A stretch of DNA of 61,796 nucleotides, counting the filler, from Candidatus Eiseniibacteriota bacterium (GTDB lineage: Bacteria > Orphanbacterota > Orphanbacteria > Orphanbacterales > Orphanbacteraceae), in NCBI GenBank assembly GCA_043809585.1. It is 5 parts of 5 records of this genome, joined end to end, with 100 filler letters (N's around TTAATTAATTAA, not from the genome) between each part and the next. Parts side by side here need not be neighbours in the genome. Positions count along the whole stretch, not along the records: positions 14,898 to 36,974 come from JBDROZ010000105.1; positions 37,075 to 45,762 come from JBDROZ010000108.1; 3 more parts are not named here. One strand, written 5' to 3'. The notes beneath the pieces were generated by a model, which worked only from the letters and a program-made list of their open reading frames with translations, did no database searches and was not told where the DNA came from. Both the position numbers and the translations under genes were made by a program. The first letter of the stretch is position 1. Each line of letters opens with the position of its first letter. Shown here piece by piece: positions 30,697 through 39,082 of this stretch.

Positions 30697-31407
30697 CTAC
30701 CGGAACAACCCCTTGATCGAGCCCCAGGAGGCGGATTCTGTGGAAGTCGTCTGGCAGTCGAACCCGGCTTCCACCATGAGGTCGACCGGTCCGAGGGGAT
30801 CCTCGATGGGGATGGGCGGACAGAGAGAGGCCCCGTCCTCGACATACCGGAAGCTTCTCGCCACCAGGGGAATCTCCCCGCATCCAGCCGCCTGGTTCTT
30901 GAGGTTGTTGTCCGAAGCCATGCAAGCCCCCCCGTCCATTTCGGCCACGATGGCGATCCGATCGGCGGTGAAGGACCCGAAGCCTTCGTGATAGTTCCAC
31001 CGCTCCCAAGGCGAGAAGTGGAGCAGCTCGTAGAGCGGCTCGCCCACCACGCAATTCGACGAGTCCACTTCATAGACCCGATAGTTCACAAAGGACCGGT
31101 TGGGATTCGTGAACCGCCAGTACCACCAGAAATGCGTGTTCACGCACTCCGCACCCGGTTCCTTGCCGCAGTCGGCGGGAAGGTCGAAGACGACCCCCCT
31201 GACGTCGTTATAGCCGGCAAAATAGACCCAAATCCACCCGGAGCAGTAGTCGTAGTAGACGACCGAGCAGAGTCCCGTGGCGCCTCCGTCGCCGACATGA
31301 CCGAGCACCTGGTCCTGCACGGCCAGGGGGGGAATCGGCGCGTCGGCGAAGGAGAACGAGAATGAAAGAAGAGAGAGCAAGGCGAGAACCGAAAGGAACC
31401 GCTTTAT
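30697..31407 (-). CDS. Secreted Cys-rich hypothetical protein (paralog), C-terminal SWGSIKGLFR; probable ATA start
   Basis: Shares CSVVYYD.C, FDLPADCGK, HFWWYWRFT and ERWNYH with the neighbour; AAGGAGG-N6-ATA precedes KRFLSVLALL. Confidence 0.78.
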   Translation of the reverse strand: MKRFLSVLALLSLLSFSFSFADAPIPPLAVQDQVLGHVGDGGATGLCSVVYYDYCSGWIWVYFAGYNDVRGVVFDLPADCGKEPGAECVNTHFWWYWRFTNPNRSFVNYRVYEVDSSNCVVGEPLYELLHFSPWERWNYHEGFGSFTADRIAIVAEMDGGACMASDNNLKNQAAGCGEIPLVARSFRYVEDGASLCPPIPIEDPLGPVDLMVEAGFDCQTTSTESASWGSIKGLFR

Positions 31408-31599
31408 GGCACACCTCCTTGTCGGCGCCGGGGGGGCGGGACAAATGGTGGAAGGGCGGTCGATTGCATTTTACCAGACAGGGCCTTATTTGTCCATGTT
31501 TGAATGGATGGGAAGACCGTCGGCTTTTCGGTGCGCTTCCTCCGTGATATGCTGACGGCGACATTCATCCTGCGGCTTCGGCGCCCGAGGAGACCGGCC

Positions 31600-32166
31600 A
31601 TGAAACGACGACTCCAGATTCTCTCTCTGTTTCTCGTTCTCGCGATCGCCATTTCCTGCGCCTCCCGGGCAACGCTGGAGCCGAAGGAAGCGGTGCCGGT
31701 TCCGAAGGACCGGATCCATTATGACGACGGGGACACGTTCTCCTTCGACGACATCACGATCCGGGTCCTCGGCATCGACACGCCGGAGATCGCCCACCCG
31801 GAGCACGGCTTCCCCATCGGCCAGCCCTTCGGCCCCGAAGCGGCGGAGCGGGCGGAAGAACTCCTCCGTGCGGCGGACCGCATTACTTACCTTCCTTTCC
31901 GAAACGATCAATACGGCCGCCTCCTCGCCCACGTCTTCATCGACGGTGAACTTCTCGGCATCAAGCTGATCGAGGAGCACCTCGCCTACGAGACGGTCTC
32001 CCACTACGGGGACAACGGCCGCCCGGAGATCGCCGCGGCGATTCTGAAAGCGGCGAAGAAGGCGGGCGATCCCCCCTTCCGTCCCCCCCACGAGTGGCGC
32101 CGGGAAAATCGGGTGCAGGCGACGGAGGAATCAGGGAGCACGGCCCCCGCCGATTCCACGAGATAG
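31600..32166 (+). CDS. Thermonuclease (SNase) family lipoprotein
   Basis: DDGDT, IRVLGIDTPE, DQYGRLLAHV; lipobox AISC. Confidence 0.92.
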   Translation: MKRRLQILSLFLVLAIAISCASRATLEPKEAVPVPKDRIHYDDGDTFSFDDITIRVLGIDTPEIAHPEHGFPIGQPFGPEAAERAEELLRAADRITYLPFRNDQYGRLLAHVFIDGELLGIKLIEEHLAYETVSHYGDNGRPEIAAAILKAAKKAGDPPFRPPHEWRRENRVQATEESGSTAPADSTR

Positions 32167-32173
32167 AGAACGG

Positions 32174-32200
32174 AAAAGACGCCGGGGTTGCCCCCGGCGC
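32174..32200 (-). terminator. Terminator between convergent genes
   Basis: GCGCCGGGG-GCAA-CCCCGGCGT followed by CTTTT on the minus strand. Confidence 0.6.
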
Positions 32201-32235
32201 CGCCACATTCGTTCACTTGACTTTGTTCTTCGCCC

Positions 32236-33600
32236 TTATTCGCCGAGGATCCCTATTAAGTACGCGGCGCTGAGCGTTCCCCGGTGGAAGTCGCCGAGAT
32301 CGAACTGCTCGTTCGGCGAGTGGACCTTGTCGTCGTTTTGCCCCCAGCCGAGAAGGAGCGTGTCCGCGCCGAGCACGTCCTTGAAGGTCTGGGTGATCGG
32401 GATCGACCCTCCCTCGCGGATGAGCAGCGGCCGCGTCCCGAACCCCTTCTCGATCGCCGCCGATGCCTTCTCGAACATGGGCGACTTCGGATCGATCAGG
32501 AACGGCTTGCCCCCGTGCATCGGGATGATTTCGACGCGCACCGTCTCGGGTGTGTTCTTCTTCACGTAGTCGGCGAAGAGCTTCGTGATCTTCTCCGGGT
32601 CCTGGTTCGGCACGAGGCGCATGCTGATCTTCGCCCCCGCCTTCGCCGGGATGATCGTCTTCCCCCCCTCGCCCTGATACCCACTCCACATCCCGTTCAC
32701 GTCGAGGGTCGGCCGCACCCACTTCCGCTCGAGCGTCGTGTACCCCTCCTCGCCGAAGAGGGCGGGCACGCCGGTGATCTTCCGGAAGCCCTCCTCGTCG
32801 AAGCCGAGCTTCCCGTATTCCTTCCGCTCCCAATCCTCGAGGTCCACCACATCGTCGTAGAATCCCGGAATCGTGATGCGCCCCTTGCCGTCGTGCATCG
32901 ACCCGATCAGCTTGGCCAGCACGTTCGCCGGGTTCGCCACGGCCCCGCCGAACGAACCGGAGTGCAGGTCCGCGCTCGGTCCCGACAGACGAACTTCCAC
33001 ATAGGACATACCCTTCAGGCCGAAGGTGATCGCCGGCTTCCCGGGACCGAACTGGGACGTGTCGGAAACGACCACCACGTCGCACTTCAGCTTTTTCCGG
33101 TTCTTCTCGAGATACTCCCCGAGGTGGATCGACGAGATCTCCTCCTCCCCCTCGAGAATCATCTTTACGTTGATCGGGAGCTTCCCCGCCTCGGCGAGCC
33201 ACGCCTCGAGGGCCTTCACGTGGGTCATGAACTGGCCCTTGTCGTCCGACGCGCCGCGGGCGAGGATCTTCCCGTTCTTGATCACCGGCTCGAAGGGGGG
33301 GCGGTCCCACTCGTCGAGGGGATCGACGGGCTGCACGTCGTAGTGCCCATAGACGAGGATCGTAGGGGCGCCGGCCTTGTCGAGCCGCTCGGCGTAAACG
33401 ATCGGGTGCCCCGCCGTTTCGCAAAGCTCCACCTTCATGCCGATGGCGCCGAGCTTCTTCACGAGCCACTCCGCCGTCTTCCGGACGTCTCCCTTCCGCT
33501 CCGGGTCCGCCGAGACGCTCGGGATCTTCAACAGTTCCACCAGCTCGTCGACCGCCGCCTGCTTTCCGCTCTCCAGGCGCTGAATCACCTTGTCGATCAT
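32236..33600 (-). CDS. M20 family dipeptidase
   Basis: YGHYDVQP, ARGASDDKGQ, EGEEE, DLHSG, REGGSIP, HSPNE; start at ATG 33600. Confidence 0.95.
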   Translation of the reverse strand: MIDKVIQRLESGKQAAVDELVELLKIPSVSADPERKGDVRKTAEWLVKKLGAIGMKVELCETAGHPIVYAERLDKAGAPTILVYGHYDVQPVDPLDEWDRPPFEPVIKNGKILARGASDDKGQFMTHVKALEAWLAEAGKLPINVKMILEGEEEISSIHLGEYLEKNRKKLKCDVVVVSDTSQFGPGKPAITFGLKGMSYVEVRLSGPSADLHSGSFGGAVANPANVLAKLIGSMHDGKGRITIPGFYDDVVDLEDWERKEYGKLGFDEEGFRKITGVPALFGEEGYTTLERKWVRPTLDVNGMWSGYQGEGGKTIIPAKAGAKISMRLVPNQDPEKITKLFADYVKKNTPETVRVEIIPMHGGKPFLIDPKSPMFEKASAAIEKGFGTRPLLIREGGSIPITQTFKDVLGADTLLLGWGQNDDKVHSPNEQFDLGDFHRGTLSAAYLIGILGE

Positions 33601-33689
33601 GAAACGCTCCTTTGTCCATGGAGGATGCGATGGGTTGTCGAACGCGTCCATGATACCCTGCCGGCCTTGCGGCGGCAACCCGCCCCCTC

Positions 33690-33946
33690 TCATTCCAAAG
33701 TGGCTATCTTCCTTGGACTCCTCCTCTGCACCTTGGAACATATGTGCTCGGATGCAATACGTGTCCGGAGGACGGCGGGGCGGGGGTGCGGCTGAGGGAG
33801 GGATGGGGGCATAACCGGGGAGCTGTTGCCGTCTTCCGCGACGCCTCCTCTACGAGCCCGGAGAATGGGAGGGTTGACTCCCGCCGTGCGACGAGCGTTC
33901 AAGTCTGCCCCTCTATCCCTCCCTCAGCCGGCCCCCCCGCCCGCCG
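33690..33946. repeat. Motif B (inverted) plus dispersed element A
   Basis: Homologous to 18027, 48639 and 54542 copies. Confidence 0.85.
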
Positions 33947-34066
33947 CTGATCGGAGCCGGGCGGAGGAGAGCGCGGCACGAATCGAACGCGCGACCGGGC
34001 TTGCCCGCCGAAGCCGCAGGCGAAGGCGGATGGGCGGACGCCTTCCCCTCCCTTATCCGGGCGGCC

Positions 34067-34137
34067 CCCTTCGACAGGCTCAGGACAGGCTTCGATACGC
34101 TCGCTCACTCTGTTCGCGAGCTACTCAGGACGAACGG
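34067..34137. repeat. REP-like elements (CCCTTCGACAGGCTCAGGAC; CTTCGATACG...CTACTCAGGACGAACGG)
   Basis: Termini match the element at 1655-1702. Confidence 0.6.
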
Positions 34138-34302
34138 TATCAGTAGATCCGGCTTCGGCCTTCCTTGCTGATCATTCGGAACCACGGGCGGGTGGCTGCG
34201 GCAGGGGTCCGCGAGGAGCGCAGCAAAGCGAGCACTGCAGCGGACAGCCGCAGACAGGACCGCCCGTACGTACGCCCGAACAAGGACACGCCGCCCGGTA
34301 CC

Positions 34303-36480
34303 CTACCTTATCAACGTCATCTTTCGGGTCGCCGCGGCGTTCCCGGCTTCGAGCCGGATGAAGTAGACGCCCGAGGCGACATCCCGGCCGCTCCGGTCCG
34401 TGCCCCCCCACGTGAAAGACCGCTCGCCCGCGGGCTGCTCCCCCGCCGCGATCACGTCGACCACCCTCCCCCGGACGTCAAGCACGACGAGCCGCGCCGG
34501 ACCCGCCTCGGGGAGCCGGAAGCGAACCGTCGTCGTCGGGTTGAACGGATTCGGCATGTTCGGCAGGAGCGCCACGAGGCCGGGCACCGCCGCCGAAGGC
34601 ACGCCCGTCACCGCATCGACCGCGTAGATCGAGTCCTGAATCGTGTACGTTCCCAGACCATTCGTCCGGATCACGACGTCCCCCGCGACCTCGCCCCGGC
34701 CCGGAGGGATGGAGCCGCCCGTACCGAGCTCGGTCTGGTAAATGTAGGCGCCATAGTTCACCAGCCGCCCGATCACGGTCGACGTCGGGTGCCCGTAAGG
34801 ATTCCCGTCGCCCACCGAGATGATCGCCGCCTCCGGGGAGAGGGCGTTCACGAAGTTCGCGTTGGTGTTGCAGTGGCTCCCGTGGTGGTTCGTGCGGAGC
34901 ACCTCGATGTCCCCGACCTCGTTCCCGACGGAGGTCTCGATGTCGTGATACGGAACGCAGCCGGCGTTGCCCGAGATGTCGCCCCCCACGAAGAACTGGA
35001 AGTTCCCCACTTTGACCACGTATCCGACGCACAGGTCGTTTTCGTCGTACTGGCTGTCGAAGGGGGGTGCGAGAAGTCCGTTGCCGTTCACGGCGACGCA
35101 CCGGATGTCCACCCCGTCCCCGAGGTCGATCACGTCGCCGTCGTTGATCGTCGTCCGGAGCCCTCCGGCGGCGGACACGTAGTTGAAGTAGCTCGTCGTG
35201 TTGTACGACCAGCCACGATCGTAGGAGGCCGAATCGACGCCCACCGAGTTGATCACCTCGTCCATGCCCCCCAGGTGGTCGGCGTCGTAGTGGGAGACCC
35301 CCACGTAGGTCAGCTGCGTGATGCCGAGGGACGTCAGGTAGGGAATCACCTCGGCGTACCCCTCGCCGTTCCACCCCGCGTCGAAGAGGAACGTCTTGCC
35401 GGCGCCCGACCGGACCAGCGTGCAGTCCCCCTGGCCGACGTTGATGCAGTGGATCTCCAGTTTCGGCTGGGCGTCGGTCACGAAGGACGACACGCTGTTG
35501 GAGACGCCCCCCTGCTGGTACTGCTCGTCCTCCGCGCGCATCGCGAAGTAGAGCGTCTGCCCCGCGGGGAGCCCCTGGCAGGTCCACGACTCGGCGGAAC
35601 CCGCGCTCTGGGGCGCCGGCTCCCCGTCCACGTCCGTGGCGGAAGCCCAGTTCCCCTCGTTGATCGGCGAAACGCCGTAGCGGACCACGTAGGCGCTCGC
35701 GGTCCCCGAGCCGGCGTCGTCCCCGGTGGCGGTCCACGTGAGGTCGACGGTGCCGTTGTACTCTCCCGGCGAAGCCGCCAGGTCGGTGATCGTTCCCGGA
35801 GGCACCAGGTCGAAGGCGAGCACGTCGTAGTTGTCCCTCGGCAGCAGCACGCGCTCCCCGCTTACACCGTGCATCACGCCGGTGAGGATCCGAATCGAAT
35901 CGCCGGCGGCGGGGATGTTGTAGGAGAAGAGGTCGTCCACGACCAGGGTCTCGCCGGGCGAATCGCCGTCGAACTCGACGACCGTCCAATCCGAGGCGCC
36001 GACGGAGACGCAGAGGACCGAGTCGAGCGTGACGAGGACCCCCTCCCACGATTCACCGGTTCCGCTCCCCGTGTTGACGTCCCCCACGGCCACCTCGTCC
36101 GCCGTCGGCACGGGGAAACCGCCGCCGAGAATCGTCACGCTCCCCCCCACGCCGCTCGTCGCATTGATGAGCGAGACGCCGTCGAATTCGACGTAGTATC
36201 CGGAGACGGTGACGAGGTCGCCCCTCACCGCCCCGTGGGCGGCGCCCCGGTTCACCTGGATCCCGCTGTACGGGCCGGCGGCCGCCTCCTCGGCGAAGAA
36301 GGTCTCCGTGAGGGCGCCGGTGACGACCACACTGTCGACGGTGACGAACGTGTACTGGGCGTAGACCCCCTGCTGGATCTCGTAGATCGTCGCGTCTCCC
36401 GCCGCCCCCCGCACCGCCGCCGGAGTCAGAAGGAGGGTCGAGAGGAGGAGCAGGAGGCGGGCCGCTCGGCTTCGCGTCAT
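34303..36480 (-). CDS. Secreted ComEC/Rec2-type MBL-fold hydrolase with OB-like and FN3-like regions and FlgD-type C-terminal domain
   Basis: Signal peptide; INVGQGD, SHYDADHLGG, GGD, HHGS, NPYGHP; PNPFNP...SGVYFIRL tail. Confidence 0.88.
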   Translation of the reverse strand: MTRSRAARLLLLLSTLLLTPAAVRGAAGDATIYEIQQGVYAQYTFVTVDSVVVTGALTETFFAEEAAAGPYSGIQVNRGAAHGAVRGDLVTVSGYYVEFDGVSLINATSGVGGSVTILGGGFPVPTADEVAVGDVNTGSGTGESWEGVLVTLDSVLCVSVGASDWTVVEFDGDSPGETLVVDDLFSYNIPAAGDSIRILTGVMHGVSGERVLLPRDNYDVLAFDLVPPGTITDLAASPGEYNGTVDLTWTATGDDAGSGTASAYVVRYGVSPINEGNWASATDVDGEPAPQSAGSAESWTCQGLPAGQTLYFAMRAEDEQYQQGGVSNSVSSFVTDAQPKLEIHCINVGQGDCTLVRSGAGKTFLFDAGWNGEGYAEVIPYLTSLGITQLTYVGVSHYDADHLGGMDEVINSVGVDSASYDRGWSYNTTSYFNYVSAAGGLRTTINDGDVIDLGDGVDIRCVAVNGNGLLAPPFDSQYDENDLCVGYVVKVGNFQFFVGGDISGNAGCVPYHDIETSVGNEVGDIEVLRTNHHGSHCNTNANFVNALSPEAAIISVGDGNPYGHPTSTVIGRLVNYGAYIYQTELGTGGSIPPGRGEVAGDVVIRTNGLGTYTIQDSIYAVDAVTGVPSAAVPGLVALLPNMPNPFNPTTTVRFRLPEAGPARLVVLDVRGRVVDVIAAGEQPAGERSFTWGGTDRSGRDVASGVYFIRLEAGNAAATRKMTLIR

Positions 36481-36766
36481 TGGTTCGTTCCCCCGTTCCG
36501 GAACCACGGGTTCGTGGGATAGAGTTTGTTCGATCTCTCATGCCGGATCGCGCCCTGAAAACAGACCACCCCGGCGCGGGGATCGTAGGGAGCCGCCGGC
36601 GCCGGGGCCATCCTCGGTGGGCCGGCAAGGGTCTGCGAACGGACCCGACGAGTTTCGCCTTGGGGAGACTTATAGAGTGTAACACATTGTTATTGAAGGG
36701 GCAAGCCCGTCCCCCCGGGTCATTTTTCCCATGCCTCCCCCGGGGGACCGGGAACGACGGCGAACC

Positions 36767-36974
36767 CTAGCCTGGATTATGCACATATCTCCTACTGAGA
36801 TCTCGGATCGCCGCCTGCGAAGCCTCCTTTCCTTCGCCGCCTCCTCGACGGGGCCCGTGGCGCACTTTCATCTTCTCGCGACCGCTCGGAGCGAGAAGTG
36901 TTAGTGCGCCGGGGGAGCCCCCCGGGCACTAGGGCTTATCGCTTCGATGGGCGCGATAAGCCCAACTGCCCGAC
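36767..36974. mobile_element. MITE family 1, left part (variant interior)
   Basis: CTAGCCTGGATTATGCACATATCTCC...; first ~80 nt nearly identical to the 45603 copy. Confidence 0.82.
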
Positions 36975-37074
36975 NNNNNNNNNNNNNNNNNNNNNNNNNN
37001 NNNNNNNNNNNNNNNNNNTTAATTAATTAANNNNNNNNNNNNNNNNNNNNNNNNNNNNNNNNNNNNNNNNNNNN
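36975..37074. other. Artificial contig linker
   Basis: N run with TTAATTAATTAA. Confidence 0.98.
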
Positions 37075-37212
37075 CCTCACAGGGAGCCCAACCCTCCTCG
37101 AGAAGTTCCAAAGCCCGACGCCGACGCTCTTCCAAGAACTCCGGACTGCCGTGTGGCCTCATCATCCACCTCCTGCCCGGAGTATAGGACTTTATTTATG
37201 CGATTGTCAATA
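37075..37212 (-). mobile_element. IS630-family element left end with transposase N-terminus (truncated at contig end)
   Basis: GGAGG RBS then MMRPHGSPEFLEERRRRALELLEEGWAPCE; TA-flanked end TATTGACAATCGCATAAATAAAG containing TTGACA-N18-TATACT. Confidence 0.72.
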
Positions 37213-37332
37213 GCCTTGATCTTTCATAAGATCTCGAGATCCAACGCGTGAGAGTGCGTCAGCCGGGGCCGCACGTAGCCCGAACCATTTCGAGGGCCAC
37301 CCTCTCGGCGCGATCGGGAAGGCGCTTCCGAC

Positions 37333-38049
37333 ATGAAGACGGAGATTCGAAACGGCTTCTTCTTCGGTACCTTCCCGGCCCTGGAGGAGACGCCGGGTTT
37401 CGCGCACGGGGTGATCGGCCGGTCCGAGACCGGCGCGGGGAGGGAGGCGGCCCTCGACCCCTTTCTTCCCCCAGGATTGTGCGGGGAGCGGACCGCGAGG
37501 ATCCGCCAGGTTCACGGCGCCCGGGTGATCGCCCTCTCCGGCGGAGACCCCCTCCCGGAGGGGGAGGAAGCGGACGCGGTCGTGACGGACCTGCCCGGCG
37601 TGACGCTCCGGATCCGCGTGGCCGACTGCATGCCCCTCTTCCTCGCCGACCGGGACCGCGGCGTGATCGCCCTCGCCCACGCCGGCTGGCGGGGTCTCGC
37701 GGGCGGCGTGGTCGAGGAGACATCGAGGCGCTTCCGGGCGGCAGGGGGGCGGCCCGATCATTCCGAGGCCTTCGTGGGCCCCTCCATCGGCCCTTGCTGC
37801 TACTTGGTGGGGCCCGAGGTCGTCTCCGCCTTCGCTGCCCGGGCCCGGATCACGCCCGGAGCCCGATCCCACTCTCATCTGGACCTCTTCGCCATCGCCG
37901 GGGATCTTCTTCTGGCCCATGGGTTTCCCCGGACCCGAATCGGCCCCCGTCCCCCCTGCACCGCCTGCGAGGCCGCCCGCTGGCATAGCCACCGGGCCGG
38001 GCGCGGCGCTCCGGGCCGCAATCTCGCCTATTTCGCCATTCTTCCCTAG
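37333..38049 (+). CDS. pgeF: YfiH/PgeF family (polyphenol oxidase-like / purine nucleoside phosphorylase)
   Basis: QVHG, ADAVVT, VADCMPL, HAGWRG, GPSIGPCCY. Confidence 0.93.
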   Translation: MKTEIRNGFFFGTFPALEETPGFAHGVIGRSETGAGREAALDPFLPPGLCGERTARIRQVHGARVIALSGGDPLPEGEEADAVVTDLPGVTLRIRVADCMPLFLADRDRGVIALAHAGWRGLAGGVVEETSRRFRAAGGRPDHSEAFVGPSIGPCCYLVGPEVVSAFAARARITPGARSHSHLDLFAIAGDLLLAHGFPRTRIGPRPPCTACEAARWHSHRAGRGAPGRNLAYFAILP

Positions 38050-38113
38050 AACTCGTTTCATAACCCCTCCCTGCAGCCGCCCGCAGCAGGGAGGAATTTT
38101 GAAATGAGTTCGA
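38047..38113. mobile_element. Miniature MITE family 2 copy (~67 bp)
   Basis: TAGAACTCGTTTCATAA ... TTTTGAAATGAGTTCGA imperfect inverted ends around a hairpin. Confidence 0.55.
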
Positions 38114-38235
38114 GAACCGGTCTCGTCTTCGATCCCCCGGGGGGTCAAGGGATTCTCCCGTTTCTCCGATCCTCGGAGAGGACTGAGAGGACCCGCGGTC
38201 CAAGGTCGGGCCGCGGGGCAACGCGGAGGCACGGC

Positions 38236-38580
38236 ATGCAGATTCGTTGGAAGAAACACGAAGACACGCTCGAAGTCGGCCTCAAGGGCGAGCTCGACGC
38301 GGACAACGTGGAGGAGCTCAACCGGTTCTTCAAGGACGGGGACGGGACGGGCGAGACGCGCATCGTTCTCGATCTTTCGGAGCTCGACTACGTGGACAGT
38401 TCCGGCCTCGGCTCATTCGTGCGGCTCATGAAGGAATCCCGGGCCCGAGGGGGCGACGTCCGGCTCGTCGGGCCGACCAACGAGGTGAAGAAAGTCCTGG
38501 AGCTCACCCGTCTCAACCGGGTGTTCGACGTTCGGGAAACGGTGGTCGAGGCGATCGAGCGCTTCTGCCCCGTTCGTTGA
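38236..38580 (+). CDS. STAS-domain anti-sigma factor antagonist
   Basis: LKGELDA...LDLSELDYVDSSGLG. Confidence 0.93.
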   Translation: MQIRWKKHEDTLEVGLKGELDADNVEELNRFFKDGDGTGETRIVLDLSELDYVDSSGLGSFVRLMKESRARGGDVRLVGPTNEVKKVLELTRLNRVFDVRETVVEAIERFCPVR

Positions 38581-38593
38581 GCGGGGGGTCGCC

Positions 38594-39082
38594 ATGAGAG
38601 AGCTCGAACTGAGCAGCGAACTCCGGCACTTGAAGCGCGTGCGCGGTTGGGTGCAGAAGGCGTGCCGCGAGGCGGGACTGTCCGACGAAGCCGTTTCGGA
38701 CATGAGGCTGGTCGTGGGCGAAGCTTTCACCAACTGCGTGGAGCACGGATACGGGTACGACCCGCACGGCCGGGTGCGTTTGACGGGCGATGTGGAAGGG
38801 GACCAGTTCGTGATCCGGGTCAGCGACAAAGGCGAGTCCTTCGAGCTCGAAGACCGAGGGGACCCGGACCTCACCGAGGCCCACGAGGGAGGCTACGGCC
38901 TCTATCTGATGAAGCAGCTGACGGACCGGTTTGAAGTGTGCGCCGCGGAGAGGCGGGGCACGACGGTCATTTTGGCCAAGAGAATCGACTCCCCGCCGCA
39001 CCGACCTTCCGGCGACGGGGAGGGGGACGGCTCGGCCGGCATGGGCCGGGTCGCGAAGGAACTGTTCGGAGACATCCGATGA
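38594..39082 (+). CDS. RsbW/SpoIIAB-like anti-sigma kinase (HATPase_c_2)
   Basis: EAFTNCVEHGY, VSDKG, EGGYGLYLMKQL. Confidence 0.92.
   Translation: MRELELSSELRHLKRVRGWVQKACREAGLSDEAVSDMRLVVGEAFTNCVEHGYGYDPHGRVRLTGDVEGDQFVIRVSDKGESFELEDRGDPDLTEAHEGGYGLYLMKQLTDRFEVCAAERRGTTVILAKRIDSPPHRPSGDGEGDGSAGMGRVAKELFGDIR

Noticed and set aside
29811-31407. Diversity-generating retroelement TR/VR pair
   Set aside because: Similarity spans two whole coding paralogs, differences are not adenine-specific, and there is no reverse transcriptase.
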